DNA from: a virus
Length of the DNA: 47,912 nt
Virus record (IMG/VR): IMGVR_UViG_3300050026_000188
Direction: 5' to 3' (one strand)
In this document: piece by piece, positions 28,365-38,457 of the stretch
Layout of the letters: each line of letters opens with the position of its first letter
How positions within the stretch are numbered: position 1 is the first letter of the stretch
Made by a program: the position numbers and the translations under genes
Notes under the pieces: generated by a model
Told to the model about the DNA's origin: nothing
Database searches by the model: none
Seen by the model: the letters and a program-made list of their open reading frames with translations, nothing else

Positions 28365-29318
28365 TTAGCCCATCGTCATATAACCTTCGGCGATCAAGTT
28401 GGCTTGCGTCCAACCGGCCGATATAAACGCCTGGTACGAAGCGCCGGCAGCCTTCGCGGTCATCTGGGGACCGCTAGAAGGGGATGCAGGAGCAGGCGGT
28501 GGAGGCGTCGGGGGAGCCGCAGCAACCGCAGGGGACGGCGGGATAGCCGGGATCGCGGCGGGCGAGGAAGGGTTTGCCGGTACCTGCAGGAATTGGGGGT
28601 TAGGTTGTACCGGGATTGGGGGCGGCGGCGCGGCAGCGACAGTAGCGGAAGGCACAGGCACAGGCATAGGGACCGTAGAAGCTGCCGGCGTCATGCTTGC
28701 GCCGGCAGGCAACGCCGATTGACCAAAGCCCGCTTCGTTTACATCGGGACCGAAGACGATCTCGGGACCGTATCCGCGGAGGCAAATCATCGAATGGTTG
28801 AGATAGATGCCCGGCTGAGACTGCGAGCCGTTCCCGTCAACCGTGCCGGCCACTTCAATAAAGTAACCAGGCTTGACGTAATCAACTTCCATCACTTGCA
28901 CCATTCCGCTCGCGTCGGGGCGGTAAACCTTCGGAGCGAAGCCGCCAGAGAACTTGAGAATCCAGTGACCCTTCCAACCTTCGTTATCGCAGGGCTTCCG
29001 GCCGCGCTTGTTCGGGACTGCAGAATCACCGTTTTCGATTTTCCAAGCAAAGCTCGGGCTCTGGGCGGCTTGTGGAAACGCCTTGTGGCCAACTGCCCAG
29101 ATGATTGCGCCCCATGATGTCTCTGCCCAGTGCTGCTCAGCGCCCTTTGGAATCGCGAGCGCGAAAAAGAAGTTGGTGCGAGATTGGCCGGCGTTTGGTC
29201 CGTTTTTGATGACTAGGGGTTTACCCTCAGCATCAGTGGTACTCCCTTTGTATAGGCTTCCCATCACCATACGACCAACGGGAAGTTGCGGTGGATTGAT
29301 ATTTACGCGATCTGCCAA
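28365..29318 (-). CDS. ssDNA-binding-like protein (DUF2815 / gp2.5-like) with Pro/Ala-rich linker
   Basis: TTG start with AGGAGA 6 nt upstream; sits beside a DUF2800-like gene; about 70-aa Pro/Ala-rich low-complexity segment before the C-terminal tail. Confidence 0.45.
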   Translation of the reverse strand: MADRVNINPPQLPVGRMVMGSLYKGSTTDAEGKPLVIKNGPNAGQSRTNFFFALAIPKGAEQHWAETSWGAIIWAVGHKAFPQAAQSPSFAWKIENGDSAVPNKRGRKPCDNEGWKGHWILKFSGGFAPKVYRPDASGMVQVMEVDYVKPGYFIEVAGTVDGNGSQSQPGIYLNHSMICLRGYGPEIVFGPDVNEAGFGQSALPAGASMTPAASTVPMPVPVPSATVAAAPPPPIPVQPNPQFLQVPANPSSPAAIPAIPPSPAVAAAPPTPPPPAPASPSSGPQMTAKAAGASYQAFISAGWTQANLIAEGYMTMG

Positions 29319-29413
29319 GTTATTTCTCCTTAGTTAGATAATTGATTGCATTTTGAAGGGTTTCGAGGTTGTCTTTGAGAAGTCCTAAAGCAACATTGCA
29401 GGGATGGCAGTAA

Positions 29414-30544
29414 TCAACCCTTCCCAAATACTCTGCGTGCAGCAGTATTATTCTGTGGCACCAGTTTTACAGCGCCAGGAATAATTGAAGAGTAATTATT
29501 ACTGACGGCTTCGTCAAGTCCTAATCGATCCGCCTGAGCTGGCGAGACAACACCGGGTTTGCTAAGGTTTTTTCCCAGCATTTGACCGATAGTTATGAGT
29601 TGATCAATGGGAATATTCCACTGGCGGCGGCCCTTGCCCGGCTCTGCGACGTAATAGGGCACTGACGCGCCCGCTCTCAGGTTGGCGAGCGTCAACGCCC
29701 TAAGTCCTTCAACGCGAGCCCCTAGCCTCTCGTATGCCCTTTCGAGCATCCTGAGTTCAAGGCCGGCAGCCTGGGGCGTGAGGTTATGAGGTTGGCGAGC
29801 CGTTGCAAATTCCGCGTCACTGTATGCGGCTCTCTGCAGAGCTTCGCACGCATGGCGGCCGGGACAATGGCAGCACTCGGGATTTGTGGAAGCCATCGGC
29901 TTAGGGCTATACGCCTGGGTTGCCGCGGCCTGCATCGCGATCATATGGGCGCGGGCAGTGACTTCGCCCCATATGTAATTGTGCGTTCGGACGGGCTCGC
30001 CGCGGTGATAGCAGCGGGGTTGGATTACGGTAAAGCTCACTGAGATGTTGGCAGGATCTCCCAGTAGAGCAGGCTTCAACGTCTCGATAATTCCGGACGC
30101 ATAGAGCAAACCTTGCTTGTTGAAATACTCATCTACAAACCCGTGACCATACTTGTAGTCGAATACCTCAAGGTGCATTCGAGCGAGATCGAACGTCCAA
30201 ACGTCAGGAGTGCCGCCGCATTCCTCATGGATCTCGGGAATGCTAACCCACTCTTCGATATGAAGCATCCCCGGCGTGATTGGATTGATCCGGCGTGCAA
30301 CCGTCTCCGCGATGAGTTCCGCGCCGTCGAGCATCTCGCCGGTGATGATTACACCGTTGGGGGCGCTTGAGCCCTCAGAGTACAACCGGCCTGCCAACAT
30401 CTCAGTACCAACCCAATGGGCCGCGGTCCCTTCAACGCTCTCGGGGGTATCGTCTTGGGAAAACTCCTTATTCATTTTCGGCCATTGGGCACACTTAGAC
30501 CAGGCCGCCGCGCCAGAAGGGGGAAGAAACGCATGTACAGTCAT
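29414..30544 (-). CDS. PD-(D/E)xK nuclease, DUF2800-like (Cas4/RecB-like, Cys cluster)
   Basis: N-terminal FLPPSGAAAWSKC, internal ECCHCPGRHAC cysteine cluster; adjacency to the SSB-like gene. Confidence 0.55.
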   Translation of the reverse strand: MTVHAFLPPSGAAAWSKCAQWPKMNKEFSQDDTPESVEGTAAHWVGTEMLAGRLYSEGSSAPNGVIITGEMLDGAELIAETVARRINPITPGMLHIEEWVSIPEIHEECGGTPDVWTFDLARMHLEVFDYKYGHGFVDEYFNKQGLLYASGIIETLKPALLGDPANISVSFTVIQPRCYHRGEPVRTHNYIWGEVTARAHMIAMQAAATQAYSPKPMASTNPECCHCPGRHACEALQRAAYSDAEFATARQPHNLTPQAAGLELRMLERAYERLGARVEGLRALTLANLRAGASVPYYVAEPGKGRRQWNIPIDQLITIGQMLGKNLSKPGVVSPAQADRLGLDEAVSNNYSSIIPGAVKLVPQNNTAARRVFGKG

Positions 30545-31242
30545 CCGATTATCGCTTTCACGGCTGCCATAACTTGAGGTACCAGATCAAGCCGGTTTGC
30601 GAGCAATGGCAGAGAGGGCACGCCGACAGCGACAACGGCCGCGGAAAGCTGCTCATTCGTGAGCGTCTTCGCATTGATCGCCGCCGACGCAACCGAGAGA
30701 AGCGTTACATATGACTGGCGATCTTCTACAACGGCCGCCGGCACTGGGGGAGCGGGGATCGCGGGAGCGGCAGCGGCGGGCAACATCATCAGCGCTTTGA
30801 GTTCGGCTTCAACCAGCGCAACGGTACCCTCATCGATCCCGCGCTTCTTGCGCCAGGTAGAATCAGCGTTTTTCGCCCGGCTGCTCGCATGAATACGCTC
30901 ATCCCAGGGCAGGCCCGTTCTATCGAGACGATCATTCTCAGCGACGGCGGCCACTACCGGCGGGTTGGGAACCAGGGCGATACCTGCAGCCGGCGCAGTT
31001 ACGCCGAAGATTGCGGCAGCTTCAAGCTCGCTAACGGGCTCTTCGTCTACGTTTACGGCTTCGGGGATCGGATGGGCAGCAAAGACGGCCGCGGCTTCGA
31101 GATCCTCAGGCTCATCACCAGTTGTAAAGGCCGGAATCTCTGCCGCAGCTTCCTCTGAATAGGGAAAATCGAGAATGAATCCGCTAAGTGACTCACGTTG
31201 GGCTTTGCTCAGTAAAGATAGATCCACAGTAATTTGCAGCAT
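30541..31242 (-). CDS. Hypothetical replication-module protein
   Basis: ATG at 31242 with GGAGGGG upstream; conserved-looking LPWDERIHASSRAKNADSTWRKKRG block; Pro/Ala-rich segments. Confidence 0.35.
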   Translation of the reverse strand: MLQITVDLSLLSKAQRESLSGFILDFPYSEEAAAEIPAFTTGDEPEDLEAAAVFAAHPIPEAVNVDEEPVSELEAAAIFGVTAPAAGIALVPNPPVVAAVAENDRLDRTGLPWDERIHASSRAKNADSTWRKKRGIDEGTVALVEAELKALMMLPAAAAPAIPAPPVPAAVVEDRQSYVTLLSVASAAINAKTLTNEQLSAAVVAVGVPSLPLLANRLDLVPQVMAAVKAIIG

Positions 31243-31381
31243 ATAGATAATTTCCCCTCCCAAGGGTTTATATGAGAAATTTAGCTCATTACTAACGCCC
31301 GCGTCAACATGTAATTTACAAATACCGAGATACACGATACAAATAACGAAGCGGTCAACATAACGTCAGGTAGCTTACATA

Positions 31382-33124
31382 ATGCCCCCCGTCCTACGCC
31401 CCTTCCAAGTCGATTTAGAGCGCGATTGCTACGCAGCATGGGACGCCGGCGCGGTCAACGTTATGCCAGTGGCGGCCACGGGCAGCGGTAAGACGGTCCT
31501 GCTCTCCAAAATTGCTTATGACGAACCAGGGGCATCTATCGCGGTTGCCCATCGTCAAGAGCTTGTGAGTCAGATCGCCGTAGCGCTTGCCCGTAATGGC
31601 GTCAGGCATCGCGTAGTTGGCGCGAAAAAAGGCTCCGCCCTGGTGCGAGTGATTACGGCGCTGCAGGTTGCCGAACTCGGTTACAGCTTCCTCGATCCGA
31701 ACGCTAAAACCGGCGTGGGCGGCGTTGATACCGTAATCCGGATGGCTAATGAGCCCTGGTTTCTGCAGGTGCGATTACAGATCCAAGACGAAGGGCACCA
31801 CGTACTAAAAACTAACAAGTGGGGGAAGGTTGTTGAGATGTTCCCCAACGCCCGCGGGCTCTTCCCTACCGCTACGCCGTCGCGAGCGGATGGTAAGGGG
31901 CTGGGGCGGCACGCCGACGGCATCACAGACGCGTTAGTGCTCGCGCCATCCATGCGGGGCATTATCAACATGGGGTATCTGACGGATTACCGTCTTCTCT
32001 GCCCGAAGTCTACTTTGGATCTCACAAACGTAGCGATAAGCTCAGCAACCGGCGATTTCAATATTGATCAGGTACGGAAGGCCGTTCACGATTCGAGCAT
32101 CACGGGCGACGTTGTAAAACACTATCTGCAATTCGCCGCCGGCAAACTGGGGATCACATTCGCGGTAGACGTTGAGGAAGCCGGCAAGATCGCGAACGCC
32201 TTCAAAGCCCAGGGCGTACCGGCCGAAGTGGTGAGCGCGAAGACTCCCGATGCACTCCGCGCCGCGATCCTTCGGCGCTTCAAGCGGCGCGAGATCCTTC
32301 AACTCGTAAACGTCGATCTCTTCGGCGAAGGCTTCGATCTGCCGGCGATAGAGGTTGTGAGCTTCGCCAGGCCGACTCAATCCTTTGCGCTCTACTCTCA
32401 GCAATTCGGCCGCGCCCTACGGCTGATGATCGCCGATGAGCTTCAATCTCGCTGGGGAACCTTCACCGATGAGCAGCGCCGCGAGTTGATCGCTCGAAGC
32501 GTCAAGCCGAAGGCGATCATCTTGGATCACGTAAACAACATCGTTCGGCACAATGGACCGCCGGATAGGGCTCGCGATTGGACGCTTGACCGGCGAGAGA
32601 AACGGGCGAAGGATTCCGATGCGATCCCTATCCGCGTCTGTATTGCGTGCCTACAGCCTTACGAAGCGTTCTATAAGAAATGCCCATATTGCGGGTATTA
32701 CATGGCTCCCGATGCCATCGGCCGAAGTAAGCCCAAGTTTGTAGACGGGGATCTCACCGAATTGGATGCGGAGACGCTCGCAGCGCTCCGCGGGGATATT
32801 GCTCGGATCGATGGTGATTTCTACGCGCCCCAGGGCTTAGACCATTACGCCGCAATGGGGGCAAGGAAGCGCCACGCGGAACGGCAAGAGGGACAGAGAG
32901 CTTTGCGTAACGCGGTCGCGTGGTGGGCAGGTACAGAGCACGCCCGCGGGTACTCAGAGAGCGAGAGTTACCGGCGGTTTTTCTTCCGCTTCGGCATCGA
33001 TGTTGCAAACGCCCAAACTCTCGGGACACGGGAAGCCAGCGAGTTAGCCCTCAAAGTAAATTTGGAATTGCAGAAATACGGCGTTGACGGTACCGTTATT
33101 TCTACAGCGTTAGAGATAATGTGA
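31382..33124 (+). CDS. Superfamily-2 DEAH-type helicase with C-terminal zinc ribbon
   Basis: RPFQ, Walker A ATGSGKT, DEGHH box, CIACLQPYEAFYKKCPYC. Confidence 0.75.
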   Translation: MPPVLRPFQVDLERDCYAAWDAGAVNVMPVAATGSGKTVLLSKIAYDEPGASIAVAHRQELVSQIAVALARNGVRHRVVGAKKGSALVRVITALQVAELGYSFLDPNAKTGVGGVDTVIRMANEPWFLQVRLQIQDEGHHVLKTNKWGKVVEMFPNARGLFPTATPSRADGKGLGRHADGITDALVLAPSMRGIINMGYLTDYRLLCPKSTLDLTNVAISSATGDFNIDQVRKAVHDSSITGDVVKHYLQFAAGKLGITFAVDVEEAGKIANAFKAQGVPAEVVSAKTPDALRAAILRRFKRREILQLVNVDLFGEGFDLPAIEVVSFARPTQSFALYSQQFGRALRLMIADELQSRWGTFTDEQRRELIARSVKPKAIILDHVNNIVRHNGPPDRARDWTLDRREKRAKDSDAIPIRVCIACLQPYEAFYKKCPYCGYYMAPDAIGRSKPKFVDGDLTELDAETLAALRGDIARIDGDFYAPQGLDHYAAMGARKRHAERQEGQRALRNAVAWWAGTEHARGYSESESYRRFFFRFGIDVANAQTLGTREASELALKVNLELQKYGVDGTVISTALEIM

Positions 33125-33429
33125 GTGAGAGGCATTACCGAGCCGTGATGATCTATATTGCAGGACCGATGACCGGAACCCCAGAGTTCAATTTCCCAGC
33201 TTTTCATGCGGCGGCTAAAACTCTCAGGCACGAAGGCTTTGATGCTGTAAGCCCGGCTGAGATTTGCCCCGAACTCGGTAGAACCTGGGATTACTACATG
33301 CGAAAAGATCTCGCAGAGATGCTCAAGTGCGACACGATCTATCTGCTCAAGGGCTGGGAGAAATCAAAAGGCGCTTCGCTTGAGCATTGCGTTGCTGAAG
33401 CTCTGGGAATGACGGTGATCTTTGAATAG
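33121..33429 (+). CDS. DUF4406-like protein (nucleoside 2-deoxyribosyltransferase-like fold)
   Basis: IYIAGPMTG ... DTIYLLKGWEKSKGASLE pattern. Confidence 0.6.
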   Translation: MSERHYRAVMIYIAGPMTGTPEFNFPAFHAAAKTLRHEGFDAVSPAEICPELGRTWDYYMRKDLAEMLKCDTIYLLKGWEKSKGASLEHCVAEALGMTVIFE

Positions 33430-33904
33430 ATCGGTCATCCAATGGGCCATTCGCAACCGAGTGAATGAGATCGCGCTCAGGGAACTCCGCGCAATTTTCA
33501 ATCTCGAAGGCGCTCACGCAATTCCGACAATGCTGGCGACCAGTGAGGCAGCCGTGCAAGCCAAAGTGAGACTCGAAGCCGCTCACAAGGGGCTCAAGCT
33601 CTGGAGAAATAACGTTGGGGCGCTCTTAGATAGCAGGGGCGTGCCGGTACGCTACGGGCTCGCGAATGATAGCGCCATTCTCAATAAGAGCATCAAGTCG
33701 GGGGATTTGATCGGATGGCGGCCGGTGCTGATTGGACCTGAGCACGTCGGGAGCATGATCGCCCAGTTTGTAAGCCGTGAGTGCAAGCGTCCCGACTGGC
33801 AATACACCGGCGACGATCACGAAAAGGCCCAGTTACGCTGGGCGGAAGCGGTGGTAGCGGACGGCGGCGATGCGGCTTTCTGTAACTCAGAAGGTAGCTT
33901 ATAA
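33422..33904 (+). CDS. VRR-NUC-like nuclease
   Basis: LWRNNVGA...SGDLIGW...AQFVSRECKRP...Q pattern resembling the VRR-NUC PD-(D/E)xK core. Confidence 0.5.
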   Translation: MNRSVIQWAIRNRVNEIALRELRAIFNLEGAHAIPTMLATSEAAVQAKVRLEAAHKGLKLWRNNVGALLDSRGVPVRYGLANDSAILNKSIKSGDLIGWRPVLIGPEHVGSMIAQFVSRECKRPDWQYTGDDHEKAQLRWAEAVVADGGDAAFCNSEGSL

Positions 33905-34609
33905 ATGGTCTACGTCGGAGGTAAATCTAAAGTCGCGAAAGATCTGGCTGCCATTATCTCGCTCTTCAGTCCCCGCGTTTATTGGGAGCCCTTCGTGGGA
34001 GCCGGGACCGTCATCCAATACGTCAAAGCTCCCGTAAAAATTGGAAGCGATTTAGACATTCATATCGCTTCGTTTTTGGAGTGCGTTCGAGACGGATGGC
34101 TTCCGCCGGCTGAGGTTTCCGAGAGTGACTATCAGTTTCTCAAGAGTTATGTACCTCTCACTCGCGAGTGCTACGCGACAAAGGCGGCCATCGGTTATGG
34201 ATGCTCTTTCGGAGGTAAATGGTTTGGCGGATTTGCGCGAAACACCCGGCATAGTTCCTATGCCGGGTATGTCTATAACTCATCCCGCAAACAAAGCCCT
34301 TTGTTGCAAGGTATTCAATTCAAAAATCAGAGTTACCTTGACGGTCTGCCCGAAGGTGTTGATCTCATCTATTGCGATCCCCCTTACGCAAATACCACCA
34401 GTTGCGGGAGCGGCCGACAGTTCGATTCAAAGCTATTTTGGGACTGGTGTAGAGCCGTAGCTCTTCGAGGTATCACCGTCCTGGTTACAGAGTTCACCGC
34501 GCCGGATTTCGCAATGGAGATTTGGCGCAAAGAGAAGCCGGCCGATTTGCGGCGCGGAGATAACAAAGGTATGACAGAGAAATTGTTTCTAGTTAGGGGA
34601 GCAGCATGA
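33905..34609 (+). CDS. DNA adenine methyltransferase, Dam family
   Basis: Motif I YWEPFVGAGTV and motif IV LIYCDPPY in alpha-class order. Confidence 0.85.
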   Translation: MVYVGGKSKVAKDLAAIISLFSPRVYWEPFVGAGTVIQYVKAPVKIGSDLDIHIASFLECVRDGWLPPAEVSESDYQFLKSYVPLTRECYATKAAIGYGCSFGGKWFGGFARNTRHSSYAGYVYNSSRKQSPLLQGIQFKNQSYLDGLPEGVDLIYCDPPYANTTSCGSGRQFDSKLFWDWCRAVALRGITVLVTEFTAPDFAMEIWRKEKPADLRRGDNKGMTEKLFLVRGAA

Positions 34610-34926
34610 GCAACAAGCGATTCAAACCAACCATCAGACGCGAGCTTATTTTGAGAGCAGCAATCGAGAGCGCCAGGCAGCCCGGCGGCTGGTCACTGAT
34701 TACGCGCCAGGTAATCGCCAACGCTGCCGGCTGCTCTGAGGGATTAGTATCCCGCTACCTGGGCGATATGAAGGATGCGCGGCGTGTCATTATGAAAGCC
34801 GCGATTCGGGACGAAATTACGGAAATAATTTACCAAAGTCTTGTCGCACACGACGGTTACGCCGTAAAGAAGTGGCTTCCCGAACCCCTCAAGCAAAAGG
34901 CCCTTCGCAGCGTAATGGATCTGTAA
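34606..34926 (+). CDS. Small helix-turn-helix DNA-binding protein
   Basis: ITRQVIANAAGCSEGLVSRYLGD resembles a TetR-type HTH. Confidence 0.4.
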   Translation: MSNKRFKPTIRRELILRAAIESARQPGGWSLITRQVIANAAGCSEGLVSRYLGDMKDARRVIMKAAIRDEITEIIYQSLVAHDGYAVKKWLPEPLKQKALRSVMDL

Positions 34927-34932
34927 CCGAAA

Positions 34933-35022
34933 ATGTTCTACATCTACATTCATTGCAGACCAGACGGCACCCCCTTCTACGTCGGTAAGGGGCATGGCGC
35001 TCGGGCTAGAAACTTGGAATAA
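34933..35022 (+). pseudogene. Remnant of a GIY-YIG homing endonuclease (29 codons)
   Basis: MFYIYIHCRPDGTPFYVGKGHGARARNLE-stop: a GIY-YIG N-terminal motif cut short; below the ORF-track size cutoff. Confidence 0.55.
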
Positions 35023-35037
35023 GGGGCTCAAGCAAGC

Positions 35038-37401
35038 GTGAATCAATTCATCGTTTACCGAAGGTCCGACAAGGCTCCCGTTGACTACCGCACGGGCAAG
35101 CCCGCGAACGCTCACGATTCCTCAAATTGGACAGACGTAGCAACAGCATCCAGTGTTGCTCAGGCATGGGGCGCTGAGTGGGGCATCGGTTTTGTTCTTA
35201 CGGAGCAATCGCAGATCGCTGTGATCGATGTGGACGGTTGCCGCAATCCGCAGACTGGGGAAATAAGCCTCATCGCTCAAACATTGATCACCATGCTTGC
35301 TGGTGCTTATGTTGAGATCAGCATCGGTGGGAAGGGCATCCACATCTGGTTTCGTTATAGCGGGGCGATGCCCCCGCACGCGAGCAGGGCGGCCGGAATT
35401 GGCGAGTTTTATCACAAGGATAGATACATCGCGATTGGCGCTCCTTATGCGGCTCCCAGCTTCACAAACGGAAGTCTGGGGACGGACCATACTGTATCTC
35501 TTCCATCTCTGATTGCTACGTTCTTTCCCCCTGACGCTTCGAGCGTCGGTGAGAGCGAATGGACTACCGAGCCCCGCGAAGATTGGAACGGGCCGCTAGA
35601 GGATAGCGAGTTGTTGCGCCGCGCCATGCAGAGCCGCTCGACGGCAAGCGCCTTCGGCGGTAAGGCGTCCTTTGCGGACTTGTGGCTCGCTAACGAGTCT
35701 GTACTCGCTGTGAGCTACCCTGACGCCAACGGGAGAGCCTACGACGCGAGCGCCGCCGATGCTGCCCTGGCTCAGCACTTGAGCTTTTGGACGGGTGGAG
35801 ATTGCGCTCGTATCGAGCGATTGATGAGGGGCTCAAAGCTAGTCAGGGAGAAGTGGGAACGTAACGCAGACGTGTACTCCGGTCCGGGTATGGGATATAT
35901 CCCCCGCACCATCCTGGGCGCTTGTGGTCGGCAGCTTGAGGTACTCTCTGATGCCGCCAGCGCCCCCGTACCGCCCCCGCCGGGCACGGTGAGCCATGCG
36001 CCCACCCCCAGGGGCGGCGATGGCTTCCTGGACTCTGAGAAGCAACAGGCTCACTTTGGGCAGTGCGTCTATGTGAGCGGCCAAAACAGAGCCTTAGTGC
36101 CTGACGGCTCGCTAATGAAGCCCGACGCCTTCCGCGTGCGATACGGCGGTTTCAATTTCAATCTCGATACTCAGAATATGAAGACAACCCGGGACGCCTG
36201 GGAAGCGTGGACGCAAAACCAGGTTTACAAATGCACTGAGGTAGACGGGATATGCTTCAAGCCCAATCTACCGGCGCGGAGCATCGTACACGCCAACGGT
36301 CAGACCTTTATCAACACCTTTATCCCCGTCGACATTCGGCGCGTTGTGGGCGACGCCAGTCCCTTCCTCAACCATCTCGCGAAGGTACTGCCCGATGAGC
36401 GCGACCGTACGATTTTGCTCTCGTATATGGCGGCGTGCGTCCAACATCAGGGAATCAAATTCCAATGGGCTCCCTTGCTGCAGGGCGTTGAGGGGAACGG
36501 CAAGACGCTCTTTGCGCGATGCGTAGAGCAGGCCGTTGGTACTCGATACACCTATTGGCCGAAGGCAGCGAAGATCTCCGCAACCTTCAATGCATGGATG
36601 GCTAACAAAGTCTTCTATGCGGTCGAAGATATTTATGTTCCCGACTCGAAGCGCGAGATCCTCGAAGACTTGAAGCCGATGATCACGGGGGACAAAATCG
36701 AGATCGAAGCGAAGGGCATCGATCAATTCATCTCGGATATTTGCGGTAACTTTATGTTCAATTCCAACCATCTTGACGCGATCCGGAAGACTGAGAATGA
36801 TCGCCGCTTTTGCGTGCTCTTTAGCGCTCAGCAACAGTCAAGCGACCTGAGACGGGACGGACTAACGGAGAGTTACTTTGTAGCCTTGTACAACTGGCTT
36901 AGAGAAGAGGGCTACGCGATAGTCAACGAGCTTCTATTTACCTACGCGATCCCCGCGGAGTTGAATCCCGCCGGCGACTGCCAGCGAGCGCCGGTCACCA
37001 CCAGCACCTCTAAGGCCATCAAAGACGGCCTGGGCAGCCTTGAGCAAGAGATCGCGGAAGCCGTCGCCCAGGGCTTGCCGGGCTTCTCTGGTGATTGGAT
37101 ATCTACAACCTGGCTTGAGCGCCTTCTAGAGCGGATGCGGCTAAACAAGATATCACACTCGAAGCGTAAACAGATCCTTGAGCAGATGGGTTATATCTAC
37201 CATCCCGCGCTCACTGACGGCCGCCCCAACAATCCCGTGCTGCCCGACAACACAAAGCCGCGGCTCTTCGTACTCGCCGGATCCCTGACTTCGCAGATCC
37301 CGACGGCCGCGGCAGCCACGAAGCATTATGAAGCCGCCAACGCAAATAAGAGCCCCGTAGGGCTCCCGTTCGCTGCTCATCAGTTTGGGCGCTCTAACTA
37401 G
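35038..37401 (+). CDS. DNA primase-helicase (PrimPol-like N-terminus + SF3 helicase)
   Basis: IAVIDVDG primase-type DxD motif; Walker A GVEGNGKTLF and Walker B FYAVEDI; GTG start with AAGGGG upstream. Confidence 0.75.
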   Translation: MNQFIVYRRSDKAPVDYRTGKPANAHDSSNWTDVATASSVAQAWGAEWGIGFVLTEQSQIAVIDVDGCRNPQTGEISLIAQTLITMLAGAYVEISIGGKGIHIWFRYSGAMPPHASRAAGIGEFYHKDRYIAIGAPYAAPSFTNGSLGTDHTVSLPSLIATFFPPDASSVGESEWTTEPREDWNGPLEDSELLRRAMQSRSTASAFGGKASFADLWLANESVLAVSYPDANGRAYDASAADAALAQHLSFWTGGDCARIERLMRGSKLVREKWERNADVYSGPGMGYIPRTILGACGRQLEVLSDAASAPVPPPPGTVSHAPTPRGGDGFLDSEKQQAHFGQCVYVSGQNRALVPDGSLMKPDAFRVRYGGFNFNLDTQNMKTTRDAWEAWTQNQVYKCTEVDGICFKPNLPARSIVHANGQTFINTFIPVDIRRVVGDASPFLNHLAKVLPDERDRTILLSYMAACVQHQGIKFQWAPLLQGVEGNGKTLFARCVEQAVGTRYTYWPKAAKISATFNAWMANKVFYAVEDIYVPDSKREILEDLKPMITGDKIEIEAKGIDQFISDICGNFMFNSNHLDAIRKTENDRRFCVLFSAQQQSSDLRRDGLTESYFVALYNWLREEGYAIVNELLFTYAIPAELNPAGDCQRAPVTTSTSKAIKDGLGSLEQEIAEAVAQGLPGFSGDWISTTWLERLLERMRLNKISHSKRKQILEQMGYIYHPALTDGRPNNPVLPDNTKPRLFVLAGSLTSQIPTAAAATKHYEAANANKSPVGLPFAAHQFGRSN

Positions 37402-37603
37402 CCGCCTTTCTCGGATGCACGTAGCCGCACTTAGAGCACGGCTTGCGGCGTTGGGTTGCTGTGAGTGGCGTCCCGCACTTAGCGCACGGCTTGAGCTTGA
37501 CGTTGGTAGCCTTCGGCGCTTTGGCGCGGTTGCGCCGCCCGTGCTCGCTGCGAAACTCAGAGTCGGGAATCGTGGTGAGATCCCAATGCGGCGTGTACTT
37601 CAA
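37394..37603 (-). CDS. Small zinc-ribbon-like protein (uncertain)
   Basis: CAKCG ... CSKCG pairs in a 69-aa ORF; overlaps the primase 3' end. Confidence 0.25.
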   Translation of the reverse strand: MKYTPHWDLTTIPDSEFRSEHGRRNRAKAPKATNVKLKPCAKCGTPLTATQRRKPCSKCGYVHPRKAAS

Positions 37604-37824
37604 TTTGAGCCCCCTTATTCAGACAGGTTACTAGTGGGATGATACTATGCGGTGAAGCGCAAGCGGGGCAGGAAATCGCAGAGTCTATAACACTCTGGCA
37701 ATTCTCGCACCAGTAAGCGCCGCTAAGGGAGATGTGAGCCATTAGGCCATCCTCTTGATGAAGAGCGAAACTGCGAGCCCTACGGCGATGCCGGCCACTA
37801 CTCCGACGGTGAAAGCGATTGAGA

Positions 37825-38457
37825 TCATTTGCTCACCCGCTTTAGAAATAATGCCTTCTGACGTTCAATAGCCGCCGAGTACGCCGCCCAGTACGCCGAG
37901 TCCGCCGCCGAGTCCGCCGCCGAGCGCGCCGCCGAGCGCGCCGCCAAGCGCGCCGAGTACGCCGCCGAGTCCACCGCCGAGTCCACCGAGTCCACCGAGT
38001 CCACCGCCGAGTTCGCCGAGTCCGCCGCCCAGTACGCCGAGTCCGCCGCCGAGTCCGCCGCCGAGTACGCCGCCGAGTACGCCGCCGAGCGCGCCGCCGA
38101 GCGCGCCGCCGACTTTTTATCTTCTAACTGAGCAAGCGTAATTTTTCCGTCCATAAAATCGCTCGCGGCTTGCAGCGCTTCGCGAGGGCGCTTGTCGTCA
38201 GGAAACGCCTTCTCAAAATTACCCAGAACTTCCATTGCAAAATCAACAGAGAGTAAAACGATGGCTCGCTTACAGGGCTCCGTAGTCGCTCGCATTGCCC
38301 AGATCGCATGATCTAAGCCGTTGGATTTGAGGATGCGTTTTAGACTGATTTCTTTATCGTCAGTCCACTTGGAGCCGAGTGAAGCTGTCAGAGTTTGTAA
38401 TCCAGCAGAGCAGGCGTTTGCCTTGTGAAGTAGAGCGAGCGTGGTTTTGAGCATCAT
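37825..38457 (-). CDS. Protein with a C-terminal SAA(R/Y/D) tetrapeptide repeat array
   Basis: ATG ATG at 38457 with AGGAGG upstream; non-repetitive N-terminal domain of about 110 aa, then SAARSAARSAAYSAAYSAADSAADSAYW... repeats. Confidence 0.45.
   Translation of the reverse strand: MMLKTTLALLHKANACSAGLQTLTASLGSKWTDDKEISLKRILKSNGLDHAIWAMRATTEPCKRAIVLLSVDFAMEVLGNFEKAFPDDKRPREALQAASDFMDGKITLAQLEDKKSAARSAARSAAYSAAYSAADSAADSAYWAADSANSAVDSVDSVDSAVDSAAYSARLAARSAARSAADSAADSAYWAAYSAAIERQKALFLKRVSK
37871..38112. repeat. GC-rich 12/9-bp tandem repeat array (GCCGCCGAG + 3 nt) inside a coding region
   Basis: About 20 consecutive units readable directly in the sequence. Confidence 0.85.

Noticed and set aside
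28404-29117. 237-aa Arg-rich plus-strand ORF
   Set aside because: Antisense to the SSB-like gene; its extreme Arg/Gly/Ser composition is the complement of the Pro/Ala-rich linker.
37871-38112. Possible CRISPR array suggested by the short tandem repeats
   Set aside because: Units are 9-12 bp, contiguous with no spacers, and in frame within a protein-coding ORF; this is a coding microsatellite, not a CRISPR array.
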